Of a DNA stretch of 64,000 nucleotides, positions 18,547 to 28,035 are shown in pieces. The notes under the pieces were generated by a model. It worked only from the letters and a program-made list of their open reading frames with translations, had not been told where the DNA came from and made no database searches. How positions within the stretch are numbered: position 1 is the stretch's first letter; each line of letters opens with the position of its first letter. The position numbers and the translations under genes were made by a program. The DNA lies in sequence record OM953433. One strand, given 5' to 3'. Source of the stretch: Shigella phage Henu11.

Positions 18547-18798
18547 ATGGCTACTATCCGCGCAACTGTTAACAATTTTGGCTTCCATGTATTAGATGTT
18601 AAATTTGATATGGTTGGAACTGGTGATGCTTTCGGTATGATTGAAATGTGTCTGAAGGCAACTATTCAGGACTACAATCCATCGGAAACATTCTGGAAAG
18701 AAACTAAACAGGAAGTTTTAAAGGATGGTGTATCTTCTTACTATTGGGGTGATTCTCTTATCACGCTTTACTACCAAAAATTTGGTGTGATTAACTAA
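18547..18798 (+). CDS. hypothetical small early protein
   Basis: ORF track; conserved leader. Confidence 0.55.
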   Translation: MATIRATVNNFGFHVLDVKFDMVGTGDAFGMIEMCLKATIQDYNPSETFWKETKQEVLKDGVSSYYWGDSLITLYYQKFGVIN

Positions 18799-18839
18799 CA
18801 AGTCGCCGCAACGGGGCAAATAGCCCCAGATACCTATAC

Positions 18840-18862
18840 AGCCCCTTCAATGGGGCTTTTTT
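18840..18862 (+). terminator. rho-independent terminator closing the plus-strand early block
   Basis: agcccc-ttcaat-ggggct hairpin plus T5. Confidence 0.65.
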
Positions 18863-19292
18863 ACGTCTTCCTAGAATCTTACCAGACATTTAGAACAATA
18901 ACTCTATAGCTTACTCTATATCCTCTTATCAAATCAACTTAAATATAAGCCCATAACCCGAAAGGGAAGGGCAATCCCTAAAACGCTCTATAACGCTCTA
19001 TACGGGCTTATCATCTCATCTTAAGCAATCATATTAACCTACTCTTAAAAGCCCTTTATAGAGCTTTCTAGAGCCTTAAAAGAATCTTATAAGGGTATAA
19101 GCTTTATTATCTCGTTAGTATCTTGTGAATGGTTAAACAGGGGCTTGAAAGTTACTTAATAATGTGTTATGGGGAACTAAAAAGAGCTTAAAAGTAACGT
19201 AAAAGATGCTTAAAAGTAACGTAAAAGTTAGCCCCCTTTACATTCTCTTAACAAAATCTTAACAAATGCAACATAGTTATGCTTATTAGAGA

Positions 19293-19749
19293 CTTGTTAG
19301 CCCCTTGTTAAATCCTTGTTAGAGGTATGTTAAGAGCTTGTTAGACTCTTTGAAGTCCCTGTATAAGCCCCTAGAAAGCCCTATAAAGAGCTATACAGGC
19401 AATTGGGCTATAGTTACTATGGAGAACCTTAGAAATGGCTGTATAGAGCTATACAGGGCTTTTAAGAGGGCTTTTAAGAGAATCACTGAGAGAGGGAAGG
19501 GAACTATAGACCAAGAGATAGTGACCATGTTAATAGCTTGTTAAAAAGGTTTAGAACTTGTTAGCATCTTGTTAATTATCTTAACAAAATAACTCTTAAG
19601 ATTTAACTATTTAGCAACTTATAAGCAACTTGTTAGACTCTTGTTAGTAATGTTACAGACTTGTTAAGCTCTTGTTAGTTCTGTTAAGAGACTGTTAAGG
19701 ACTTTGAAGAGATGTTAAGAGCTTGAGAGAGTTGTTAAGAGATTGTTAA
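19293..19749. repeat. iteron-like array: at least 19 copies of (C/T)TTGTTA(A/G) phased at about 10-11 bp
   Basis: clusters 19293-19344, 19526-19575, 19629-19749. Confidence 0.7.
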
Positions 19750-20354
19750 TGATATTTTAAGATTTTGCAAAGGGGATGTTACAGGGCTGTTAAGGGCTAC
19801 CAAGCAGATATACACCCTAGACAGATATTTTTCAGTTCCTTCAAAGAACCTAAAAAGTGACCTACCTAGTCTATTTTATAAAAATTTTATAGAACTGAAT
19901 AACTATCTATACACTATCTAGTATAAAACAGGTAATAACAGGCTTATAAGATACCTTGTTAGTACCGTGTTAGACCTTGTAGGATAAGCCTTTACAGGGA
20001 ATACCTGTTTAGTGTTATATAACAGTCTATATAGAGGCTTAGTTGACCCTAGTGAACCATCTGTAGAGAGTACTCTCTGTGACATAGAGATTAAGATGGA
20101 TATAGGGGCTTCTAAGGGGCTATGAAGAGACTAGGAAGGTGATTATATAGGTTTGGAAGAGGGCTTGTTAGAGAGCTTTGTAGAGGGCTATTTAGAAGGG
20201 GCTATATAGTTTCACTAGATAGAGACTAAGAGGCTATATAGATACTATATAATACTATATAGAGAGTATGCTTAGATAGGTTGTTTAGAAGGTCTAGATA
20301 TTTTATCACATATCATGGTGACCCAAGATGAACGGAGTGAATCCAAATTTTATA

Positions 20355-20382
20355 AAATAATAAAAGCCCCAAAAGAGGGGCT
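20355..20382 (-). terminator. rho-independent terminator closing the minus-strand block
   Basis: plus strand taaaagccccaaaagaggggct; on the minus strand agcccc hairpin followed by a T-run. Confidence 0.6.
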
Positions 20383-20391
20383 GTAAAGTTC

Positions 20392-21057
20392 TTAGCAAAG
20401 GTTATCTATGATAGCCTGAATAGCTGGAATAGTTGTGTGATAAAAATGAGTGTTTCCGTTATGGGCTTCTCTCACTTGTAACATGATAGAGTGACCCTTT
20501 ACAGGGAAGCATTGAATGTGATAACGATTCCCGTTAAATACTACTCCACCACCTGAACAGAACCCTTCCAAGACTGACTTAGTAAGGAACTCTTCTTTTC
20601 CTGTGACCTTTATGAAGACACCTCTGTTAACTTGTGAATGGTAAATGTCTTCCATAAACAGCATCTGTTGTCCACCAAGTGAAACCATAGAGATACCTTT
20701 ACGATTCTGCTCTTTAACATATATCTCAAGTTTCTTCAAAGTCTCTTCATAGAACGGATAAGACTTCTTCACAAAGATACCTTCAAGTGGCTCATCACCA
20801 GCATCTTCACGTTCATCTTTAAGTCTACCTACAAGACAATCAAGGCTTCTTCTCTCGCTATCGTCAAGATACTTATTAATATCTTCCAAGCTAAGTACCA
20901 AGTACTTTCTCTCTAAGTTAAATTCTTTGGTCATCTCTATCAAATCCTTAAAAGCTTTTTCAGTAACCTTCTTCCATTCTTCTGAGTTCTTCTTCTGAGG
21001 GAGTACCATATCTCTCAAGAACTTGAAACTCTTCTTCAGACGGGCTTCCATAATCAT
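20392..21057 (-). CDS. hypothetical protein
   Basis: ORF track 221 aa. Confidence 0.55.
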   Translation of the reverse strand: MIMEARLKKSFKFLRDMVLPQKKNSEEWKKVTEKAFKDLIEMTKEFNLERKYLVLSLEDINKYLDDSERRSLDCLVGRLKDEREDAGDEPLEGIFVKKSYPFYEETLKKLEIYVKEQNRKGISMVSLGGQQMLFMEDIYHSQVNRGVFIKVTGKEEFLTKSVLEGFCSGGGVVFNGNRYHIQCFPVKGHSIMLQVREAHNGNTHFYHTTIPAIQAIIDNLC

Positions 21058-21062
21058 ACTCT

Positions 21063-21575
21063 TCAGAAATCGATTCTGTAGTCTGAACGGCTATAGTTTG
21101 CTGTAATGAATCCATCGTAACCTACCAACCATCTTCCATAGGTGTTAAAAATTGAAGTGTTATCAGCACTCATAATATCACCTTCATAGCCTAAATCGTC
21201 AATCTCTCTAACAAGCTTAATAGAGCCGACTGTTTCACCTGTTGGTGCATGTTTGATGATGTATACACGATTTAATTTACAATCTTCTTCTTCTTCTTCA
21301 CGTAAATCATATGGCTTCAGTAAATCTCTATCTGCTTGTAAGTTGGACTCTGAAAAAGCTGCATGAACCATGTAAGCTTCTGAACACTCCCAGATAAAGC
21401 TATGAAGAAGAACCTTTGCAGCATGTCTTGAACAACCAAATTCTGCAACGATATCTTTGTACATATCATCTTTAGTCCCGTTGTTAAGCAAAGCTTTACG
21501 CACTACCTCTTTAACATTCTTCATCTTTCCAATCCTCATCTCTCTCAATTTGAAACTCATCAGGTAACTCTGCAA
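21063..21575 (-). CDS. hypothetical protein (start uncertain)
   Basis: ORF track 170 aa; several in-frame Met near N-terminus. Confidence 0.5.
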   Translation of the reverse strand: MQSYLMSFKLREMRIGKMKNVKEVVRKALLNNGTKDDMYKDIVAEFGCSRHAAKVLLHSFIWECSEAYMVHAAFSESNLQADRDLLKPYDLREEEEEDCKLNRVYIIKHAPTGETVGSIKLVREIDDLGYEGDIMSADNTSIFNTYGRWLVGYDGFITANYSRSDYRIDF

Positions 21576-21807
21576 TAGCTTTCAAGTAATAAGCTTCTTG
21601 AATGTTGCAAAGTTCTTCATAACCACCATTCATAAGCCAGTTGTAACCAGCAGGTACACCGTTATCATCACAGAACCCTGTGTAGAGCATCGCTTTATGA
21701 ATCATGTTAAGTGGTTTGTAAGCAACTTCAACGATATAGAAAGTGTTATCTTTCCAGCCACCCTTTGGAGGATGGATACCTTTAACGCCTCTGGATTGTG
21801 GAGTCAT
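21511..21807 (-). CDS. hypothetical protein
   Basis: ORF track 98 aa. Confidence 0.5.
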   Translation of the reverse strand: MTPQSRGVKGIHPPKGGWKDNTFYIVEVAYKPLNMIHKAMLYTGFCDDNGVPAGYNWLMNGGYEELCNIQEAYYLKAIAELPDEFQIERDEDWKDEEC

Positions 21808-21848
21808 AGCTTTTCCTCTAAACAGGGGCTTTTACACCCCTTGGCAGA

Positions 21849-22058
21849 TTACTCTTCAGCAGATTCTTTATCTTTCTTTGAAGAAGTCTTTTTATCTTTC
21901 TTCTTAGTCTCAGTTGCTGCAATAGCAATGTCAACAAGCTGTGCTAAGTCAGATTTAATCACTGTTACTGGTTGTTCGTTGTAGAAACCTTTCTCAAGGT
22001 ACTCTTTGAACTCTTCCAGAGTGTTAAAGCCAAAAGGCTTGACAGGTGTTCTAATCAT
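21849..22058 (-). CDS. hypothetical small protein
   Basis: ORF track 69 aa. Confidence 0.45.
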   Translation of the reverse strand: MIRTPVKPFGFNTLEEFKEYLEKGFYNEQPVTVIKSDLAQLVDIAIAATETKKKDKKTSSKKDKESAEE

Positions 22059-22128
22059 TTACCCTCCGAGATATCTTTTAAGATTTTCTGGTTAATCATT
22101 TCCGCAATAGCATAGCGGATACAAACTA

Positions 22129-22635
22129 CTAAAATTTTAGGTTGCATTCTTTACTTACCTCTTCAAACTTACTCTCAAACTCTACAATCTTCTTCTTGTA
22201 AGTTGTCATTCTCAAACATGAGAGGATGATACCAACTATTGGAATCACATACAAGAACCAAATCTCAGAAATTTTCTTCTCAGCTTGGTTAAACGTTAAA
22301 TCCTGCATGTACATGCCACCGAATGAGATTACACAAATCATAGCAAGGAATACAGATAACATGATTGCTATTCCTGCCCACCCTCTGGTATTATGTTCAG
22401 CATTTCTACGCTTATTTTCCAGATTGATAAGTTCGTTGTAGTCTGCTGAGAAGTCTCTGTAGAAAGCTTTCAAGTACTCTCTGCTGTAACCTTCAAAACA
22501 TCCTGTACCAAACCAATTTTCACCTCCAAAGTGTGAAATAGTTCCTTCTTCACCGTTTGCTTTCACAATCTTGAAAGATACATGGTGTCTTGACTTCTCA
22601 TAAGAAATCTGGTCTCTTGAATCTTCATAAATCAT
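22129..22635 (-). CDS. membrane protein (two predicted TM segments)
   Basis: ORF track; hydrophobic stretches AGIAIMLSVFLAMICVISF and IWFLYVIPIVGIILSCL. Confidence 0.5.
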   Translation of the reverse strand: MIYEDSRDQISYEKSRHHVSFKIVKANGEEGTISHFGGENWFGTGCFEGYSREYLKAFYRDFSADYNELINLENKRRNAEHNTRGWAGIAIMLSVFLAMICVISFGGMYMQDLTFNQAEKKISEIWFLYVIPIVGIILSCLRMTTYKKKIVEFESKFEEVSKECNLKF

Positions 22636-22850
22636 TGTTCAATCCTCTTTAATCGTGCATTCCACTCTCTGTCAATCATTCTCTGGAATGTCTTACCTCT
22701 TGGAGTAACATTCTTAAGTGACTCTTCAGTACATACCAGAATATCACCTCTGGCAAACTTGCCATAGCACTGTTTAGTCTTCTTAGCTCGTCTGTACTGC
22801 TCAGAAACAGAGAGCTTCCAGTATTCACCTAGAGTTGTAAACTTTTTCAT
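22632..22850 (-). CDS. hypothetical small protein
   Basis: ORF track; overlapping stop/start with neighbours. Confidence 0.5.
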   Translation of the reverse strand: MKKFTTLGEYWKLSVSEQYRRAKKTKQCYGKFARGDILVCTEESLKNVTPRGKTFQRMIDREWNARLKRIEQ

Positions 22851-23587
22851 TCTTTCACCATTGCATTGTAGAATTGCCTTTGAATCTCTTCAGCAATCTG
22901 ATAAGGTGTTAAACCAGCTTTTAACATCATCCTTACTGTGTACTCAATGTCATTCTTATTAACCACATGGTCTGTGACACTGATTGCTTCTTTTAACTCT
23001 TCAGCTTTCTTTTTAGCATCTTCACAAGCATTGGTCAACATGGAGTCAAATTTCTTTTGTGGTGTAGTCCAAGCATGGCTATGTGGATTCGCATCACAGA
23101 AATACTTGAAGTAATCTCTGACATTATCTACGACCAGAGTTTGATGACCGTTTTCTTTAGCTTGATATCTAGACTCTTGCTCAGGTACATCTGCGAGTCT
23201 GTGTGTAGGAGCCTCAATAGTAACATCAATCGTTCTAACCTTTGGAGTTACCTCTTTCTTCAGAGTCGGAGTTGCCTCAAAAGTTGCCTTTTCAGACTCT
23301 TCATCTTTAACAATTCCAGTATCTACCAAAGCAATACCAAGGAGGTCTCTAAAGCTTCCTGTGAATACCAGATTTTCTATATCAGCAGTTGAATAAACTT
23401 TACCAGCCCACAAATGTCCTTCTGCAAGGTTTTGAGAATCTGGGTACAGCTTGAAGTGTATATTTTTCAAAGGTCTGAAGTACACCACACCACTATCAGA
23501 GACATGTGTGACCGTGGCTGCAACTCTACGCAATGGGTTTTCCTTGACATATATAAATATTGTATCTGATTCATTAACTTTGTTCAT
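22847..23587 (-). CDS. hypothetical protein
   Basis: ORF track 246 aa. Confidence 0.55.
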   Translation of the reverse strand: MNKVNESDTIFIYVKENPLRRVAATVTHVSDSGVVYFRPLKNIHFKLYPDSQNLAEGHLWAGKVYSTADIENLVFTGSFRDLLGIALVDTGIVKDEESEKATFEATPTLKKEVTPKVRTIDVTIEAPTHRLADVPEQESRYQAKENGHQTLVVDNVRDYFKYFCDANPHSHAWTTPQKKFDSMLTNACEDAKKKAEELKEAISVTDHVVNKNDIEYTVRMMLKAGLTPYQIAEEIQRQFYNAMVKE

Positions 23588-23657
23588 TTTATCTCTCCAA
23601 CAAAAAAGGGAACCACCTTTCGATAGCTCCCATCATACAAAATTCTAGATATTACTG

Positions 23658-24251
23658 TCAAGTATATTTTCTAGGCAGTAACTTACTTTTTCTGCTTCGA
23701 ACATCTTCAAGGATAGCTATGAAGTCATCAGAAGCACCCTTCCAAGGGCTGAAGTTTGGGATATGCTGACGAATAGCTTCAATAATCGTCTTCATACCTG
23801 TGTTCTTCATCCACCAATCTGAGCTTGAAGCAGTCATAACAAAGAACTGCTCATCATCGGTTAAGATGACCTCTTTAGTGAATGGGGAGGTGTACGTGGT
23901 GATAACTGAACCGCCATTCATGTAATATGTACGCTTGTGGACTTTATCAAGCATATCATGTAGGTCACCAAACAGTTTCACAACCTCTTGGTGGTTAATG
24001 TCTTTCTCAAGGTCTAAACGGTACTTCAGAAGTGCTTCATCAACTTCTTTAGATGAGAACTTAAAGTACTGCACATCTTCAATGATACATGCAGAGATGT
24101 TGTTCACATCCATAGTCAATTTGACAACTTTTGCTGGTGAGTTAATGTTTGGCTGGAACGCAGCAAGCACACCCTGAACATTACCGTAGTGTTGAACTAA
24201 TGCAACTTGTGGAGAATCAACTCCACCATTTTCTTTAATGTTTACACTCAT
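23658..24251 (-). CDS. hypothetical protein
   Basis: ORF track 197 aa. Confidence 0.55.
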   Translation of the reverse strand: MSVNIKENGGVDSPQVALVQHYGNVQGVLAAFQPNINSPAKVVKLTMDVNNISACIIEDVQYFKFSSKEVDEALLKYRLDLEKDINHQEVVKLFGDLHDMLDKVHKRTYYMNGGSVITTYTSPFTKEVILTDDEQFFVMTASSSDWWMKNTGMKTIIEAIRQHIPNFSPWKGASDDFIAILEDVRSRKSKLLPRKYT

Positions 24252-24252
24252 A

Positions 24253-24597
24253 CTATAACTTCCTCACTAAATACTTTTTAAGTGGTGTCTTCGGTTTTTC
24301 AAAGACCTCAATAGAATCTATTTTGATGCCCTCACCACGCATACCTGTGGATTGGTAGATGTAGAACTCAAGCATCCCTATATTTTTAGCTGGCATATCA
24401 TGCTTAACAAAGATGGTCACTGAATCTTCACTTTTAAAGATTACTGTACCATCTTTATACACAAGCTTATCAGGTTGTTTATAGTCAAGCATATCAAACA
24501 TCAGAAATAGTCTTTGCTGACATTTGTCCAGCCTTGATGACAGGGCTTCTTGTATATCTGCGAAATTCTTATAAACAACGATGTGTAGCTTAAGCAT
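24253..24597 (-). CDS. hypothetical protein
   Basis: ORF track 24253..24690; start moved to internal Met to give 8-nt overlap with upstream gene. Confidence 0.45.
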   Translation of the reverse strand: MLKLHIVVYKNFADIQEALSSRLDKCQQRLFLMFDMLDYKQPDKLVYKDGTVIFKSEDSVTIFVKHDMPAKNIGMLEFYIYQSTGMRGEGIKIDSIEVFEKPKTPLKKYLVRKL

Positions 24598-24883
24598 CTG
24601 CGTATTCTCTGACGAAGAAGTAGTTGATTTTGTTATCAGATACCAGAAGGTCATAGCAAGTAATTTCGAACTTACTCTTTTCAGCATCATAGCTTGTGTA
24701 TGGCTCGGAAACTTGCTTTGTTGACACTTTTGGGTTATTAGGGTTTAAAAGGCCACCATAAAGTTTCTTAATGGCCTTTGATACCACGCTCCAGATAACA
24801 TCATCAGTGAGTTCTTCGTACAGGTCAAACTCAGCTTCATAGCTGAAGTCATTAATTGGAAAGATAACCTGTACTTTACTCAT
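24590..24883 (-). CDS. hypothetical protein
   Basis: ORF track 97 aa. Confidence 0.5.
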   Translation of the reverse strand: MSKVQVIFPINDFSYEAEFDLYEELTDDVIWSVVSKAIKKLYGGLLNPNNPKVSTKQVSEPYTSYDAEKSKFEITCYDLLVSDNKINYFFVREYADA

Positions 24884-24884
24884 A

Positions 24885-25268
24885 TCAAACTACCTGTGTA
24901 ACTTGCAACGCTTCTGTTACGGAGATATCACCGACTTTTTCTTCTTTGATGAAGGTGAAAGTTAGAAGGGTTGGTTCTGAAACCTCATCTTCCAGAGGTA
25001 CACCATTCAGTTCATCAAAGATAGCTTGTGTAGTCCAATCTTCCTGACCATCTGGGTAGTGGTAAGCATATAACGGGAAATCAACCCCATACCAACCGAA
25101 AACAGGACAACCATCTTCATCATCACGAACACGGATAAGCTCATTATCAGACTTTGTAAAATGAAGGAAAAGCTCCCCATCACGTTCATATATGGAAGCA
25201 TCAACTAATTCCAAATCTTGAACACCATGACGCGAAGTGTCAACTTTGACTTGAATCTCTTTATTCAT
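24885..25268 (-). CDS. hypothetical protein
   Basis: ORF track 24885..25367; start moved to internal Met (MNKEIQ). Confidence 0.45.
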   Translation of the reverse strand: MNKEIQVKVDTSRHGVQDLELVDASIYERDGELFLHFTKSDNELIRVRDDEDGCPVFGWYGVDFPLYAYHYPDGQEDWTTQAIFDELNGVPLEDEVSEPTLLTFTFIKEEKVGDISVTEALQVTQVV

Positions 25269-25671
25269 AATAACCTCTCTCAGCTTTCTCAATTTTATCC
25301 AGAAGTTTAATACACTCATTGTTATGGTATGTAGCCTCACTCTGGTGTATCTTCTTCTTCTGCTCAAGTAGAACTTTATAGTAACCTGATAACTGCTCTC
25401 TTGTCAAGGGGTGCTCTGAAATAATATCAAGAGAACTTTCACCTAAAGGTGAGAACATGCCATTGTCATCCACGTTGTACAGTTCACCAGCAAAGAAACC
25501 TTTGTTAGCCATTGTGATAGGTGAACGTTCAATGACCTCAACAACAAACTTTGTGAACACCTTATCTCCCATCGTAATCAACTTGGTTCCTGCAATACGA
25601 ACCTTCATACCACTTCTTGTGTACTTGAAAGTACCATTATCATCTGCCCAAAGCTTCATAGTTTTCTCCAT
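25261..25671 (-). CDS. hypothetical protein
   Basis: ORF track 136 aa. Confidence 0.55.
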   Translation of the reverse strand: MEKTMKLWADDNGTFKYTRSGMKVRIAGTKLITMGDKVFTKFVVEVIERSPITMANKGFFAGELYNVDDNGMFSPLGESSLDIISEHPLTREQLSGYYKVLLEQKKKIHQSEATYHNNECIKLLDKIEKAERGYYE

Positions 25672-25675
25672 AGAA

Positions 25676-25699
25676 ATAAAAAAGGCTCCCGAAGGAGCC
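25676..25699 (-). terminator. rho-independent terminator downstream of endolysin
   Basis: minus strand ggctcc-ttcg-ggagcc hairpin plus T-run. Confidence 0.55.
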
Positions 25700-25709
25700 T
25701 CTTAATCTA

Positions 25710-26174
25710 CTATTTTGGATAAACAGCGTCAAGGTAAATCTTGGCTTCCAAACTACGTCTATTTTGTAGACCCTTGGAAGTTACTTTTTGACCATTCACT
25801 GTAATCTTGTTCCACCACTGCATAGCTTCTGCACAACCAACTTTATTACCAGCATTGTGACGCTTGATAAAAGTTGAATCCTGCATAGCACCGATACCAA
25901 TGTTGTAAGTCTCTACAACAAGTGCGTCAAATTCGTTCTGCGTAGTCGGAACCTTAATTGCTCTGTTTACTGCACCTACATAACTTTCAACATCTGCAAG
26001 GAGATATTGAACAGCTTGTTCAGCAGTAATCTTCATCCCCATTGTTACAGGTCTTCCGTTGATACGGATTGTTCCATAACCAATTGTAGGGATTCCAGCA
26101 GAGTCTTTATAGGCTTCTAAGCGAAGCCCTTCAAAGAACTTAATGGCTTCTAAGCCTTTACTTGAGAGTTGCAT
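25710..26174 (-). CDS. endolysin, GH24 lysozyme family
   Basis: EGLRLEAYKDSAGIPTIGYG catalytic-region motif; start placed at ATG 26174 behind GGAGG. Confidence 0.8.
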   Translation of the reverse strand: MQLSSKGLEAIKFFEGLRLEAYKDSAGIPTIGYGTIRINGRPVTMGMKITAEQAVQYLLADVESYVGAVNRAIKVPTTQNEFDALVVETYNIGIGAMQDSTFIKRHNAGNKVGCAEAMQWWNKITVNGQKVTSKGLQNRRSLEAKIYLDAVYPK

Positions 26175-26176
26175 TA

Positions 26177-26809
26177 TCAACCTCCTACTGCGTTAATAAC
26201 CACCTTGGCAGATTGGGATGTGATTGAGCCACCTACACCAGTTACAACACAAGAGTAAGTACCTTCATCATCAGCTTTAGAAGTCAGTGTCTTTTCATAT
26301 GTTGCAGATGTTGCTGAAGGGATATCTACATCATCTTTCTTCCACTGATAACCAGTTGCACCAGTGGCAACAACTGAAAGTGTAAGTGTTCCACCCTCGT
26401 TAACAGTTTGGTCAGTTGGCTGCTGTGTAATAACTGGAGGTGTGATTGCATCCTTCAACTTTGCATTAAGCATGGAGAAAGGTTTAACCCTTGCAAGCCA
26501 TTCACAGTAAATAGTGTCAACATCTTTACCGTTGATGATTGCATACTGCAAATCCATGAAGAAGTCAGCAGTTCTCATTTGAGCACCTACAGAGTATAGG
26601 AGTTCTTCAGAGAATGGAACTGTGTAGCTTGGGGTGTAGTTGAAATCGGTAACCTCAGCAATGTCTGACTCAGGCCACGGAGAGCTATATGTCAGTGGTA
26701 GCACAGCTTCTTGATACGTTCTGAAGTCGTATCTCTTACCAGCTTTAACATTCGCAATAAAAACTTTTACGAACTCTTTAAAATCTGGATATGTTTTTGC
26801 TTTAATCAT
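26177..26809 (-). CDS. hypothetical protein with C-terminal Ig-like domain; paralog of 26806..27174
   Basis: N-terminal 120 aa align with the neighbouring ORF; C-terminus GTYSCVVTG is Ig-like. Confidence 0.5.
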   Translation of the reverse strand: MIKAKTYPDFKEFVKVFIANVKAGKRYDFRTYQEAVLPLTYSSPWPESDIAEVTDFNYTPSYTVPFSEELLYSVGAQMRTADFFMDLQYAIINGKDVDTIYCEWLARVKPFSMLNAKLKDAITPPVITQQPTDQTVNEGGTLTLSVVATGATGYQWKKDDVDIPSATSATYEKTLTSKADDEGTYSCVVTGVGGSITSQSAKVVINAVGG

Positions 26810-27174
26810 TTATTAGCCTCTAATCTTGCGTTTAGTCTGAAATAACCTTTGTGTTGAGGTGATACATCACCAACTACAACACCTTCAATCTTATAACCCT
26901 TTCCCATTACATACTGAATGTCCATTAAGAACGTCCCTAGACCAACAATATGAAACATCGGATAAAGTAACTCTTCAGAATCTGGTAGGTCAGTTTTTGG
27001 GATGTATTTAACGGTAGCTGTAGTTGGGTTGATATCCTTCTCAGGCCATTTACTATCACGCCATGTTAAGGGTGTCGGAAGTACATCATCAAGATTATAC
27101 CTTTCACCTTCTTGAACACTTTGGACATAAGATTGTAGGAAGCAATAAAAGTCTTTTCTACTCTTTGCCTTCAT
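26806..27174 (-). CDS. hypothetical protein, paralog of the N-terminal domain of 26177..26809
   Basis: shared SEELLY...FLMDIQY blocks. Confidence 0.5.
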   Translation of the reverse strand: MKAKSRKDFYCFLQSYVQSVQEGERYNLDDVLPTPLTWRDSKWPEKDINPTTATVKYIPKTDLPDSEELLYPMFHIVGLGTFLMDIQYVMGKGYKIEGVVVGDVSPQHKGYFRLNARLEANK

Positions 27175-27187
27175 TATCTTTCCTTAA

Positions 27188-27211
27188 CAAATAAAAAGGG
27201 GCTTTCGCCCC
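27188..27211 (-). terminator. rho-independent terminator
   Basis: minus strand ggggc-gaaa-gcccc hairpin plus TTTTTATTT. Confidence 0.55.
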
Positions 27212-27217
27212 AAAAAC

Positions 27218-27808
27218 TTAAGCCATCGTCTTAAGCATATTTTTAAGTTTTTTGAGATTCATTGTCTCGTCCAACTTAAATCCAAACCCATTGACGTAAT
27301 CAATGAAATCAGATTTCTTACTCAGAGATAAAGCATACGACATATCAAAGTCATTACTTGGGGTTGATTCTGGTGAAGTGTTCACATCAAAAGAAATCTC
27401 TGTAGCAATGCTTTCACGCTCTCTCATATTATCAATAAGATTACATGTGTAGTTTGCTGGATAGAATGATGTTGAGCCAGATACATAACTATACTTTGAG
27501 TTATGGATGAGGTTAGAGAACACTTTGAAGAATGTCTCTGAATCGTGGCATACAAGCTTAAATTCACTATTAGCACCAAGAGCCATTAATGAATATGGGC
27601 TTTCACCATCAATTGTGTAGTCTGGATTTCTGGATTGTACAGTCACGCGCATAAGGTTGTTTGCAATAGTCTTCTGCTTAAATGAGCTTGGAACATAGTG
27701 CATACCTCTTTCACACTGATTGACCAATTCTTTAAGAAGGTCATCAGAATATGGTGAAGTGATTGATACAGACCCATCACCATTATAATTAAAACTCACA
27801 TTTAACAT
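27218..27808 (-). CDS. hypothetical protein
   Basis: ORF track 196 aa. Confidence 0.55.
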   Translation of the reverse strand: MLNVSFNYNGDGSVSITSPYSDDLLKELVNQCERGMHYVPSSFKQKTIANNLMRVTVQSRNPDYTIDGESPYSLMALGANSEFKLVCHDSETFFKVFSNLIHNSKYSYVSGSTSFYPANYTCNLIDNMRERESIATEISFDVNTSPESTPSNDFDMSYALSLSKKSDFIDYVNGFGFKLDETMNLKKLKNMLKTMA

Positions 27809-28035
27809 TTATCAGTTCTCCTACGATTGATAATCTTGCTGCAATAGAGAAATGAAGCAAATTCACTGGAAGAAACCATTAGAACCTGTTCACTAGATTG
27901 AGCTATTGCTCTGAAATACATACCAGTTAGTGCATCATAGTGCTTATTCTTTCCAATTGAAGTGATATACCCATGACTCTTTGCAGTTTGGTATAAATCA
28001 ATAATATCTGTGATTTCTAGTTGGGAGCTACACAT
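27802..28035 (-). CDS. hypothetical small protein
   Basis: ORF track 77 aa; first gene of the minus-strand block. Confidence 0.45.
   Translation of the reverse strand: MCSSQLEITDIIDLYQTAKSHGYITSIGKNKHYDALTGMYFRAIAQSSEQVLMVSSSEFASFLYCSKIINRRRTDKC

Noticed and set aside
12135-18862. Possible CRISPR array, given the regularly spaced conserved repeats
   Set aside because: Repeat units are 60-90 bp composite promoter/hairpin/RBS cassettes and the intervening segments are 250-560 bp ORFs; this is not CRISPR repeat-spacer geometry.
19338-19544. 68-aa ORF inside the repeat-dense gap
   Set aside because: No RBS, built from the low-complexity repeats; probably non-coding.
20392-28035. Lysogeny module (integrase, repressor) in the minus-strand block
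   Set aside because: No integrase or recombinase-like sequence recognised anywhere in the window; the single HTH protein at 62963..63262 is not sufficient evidence.
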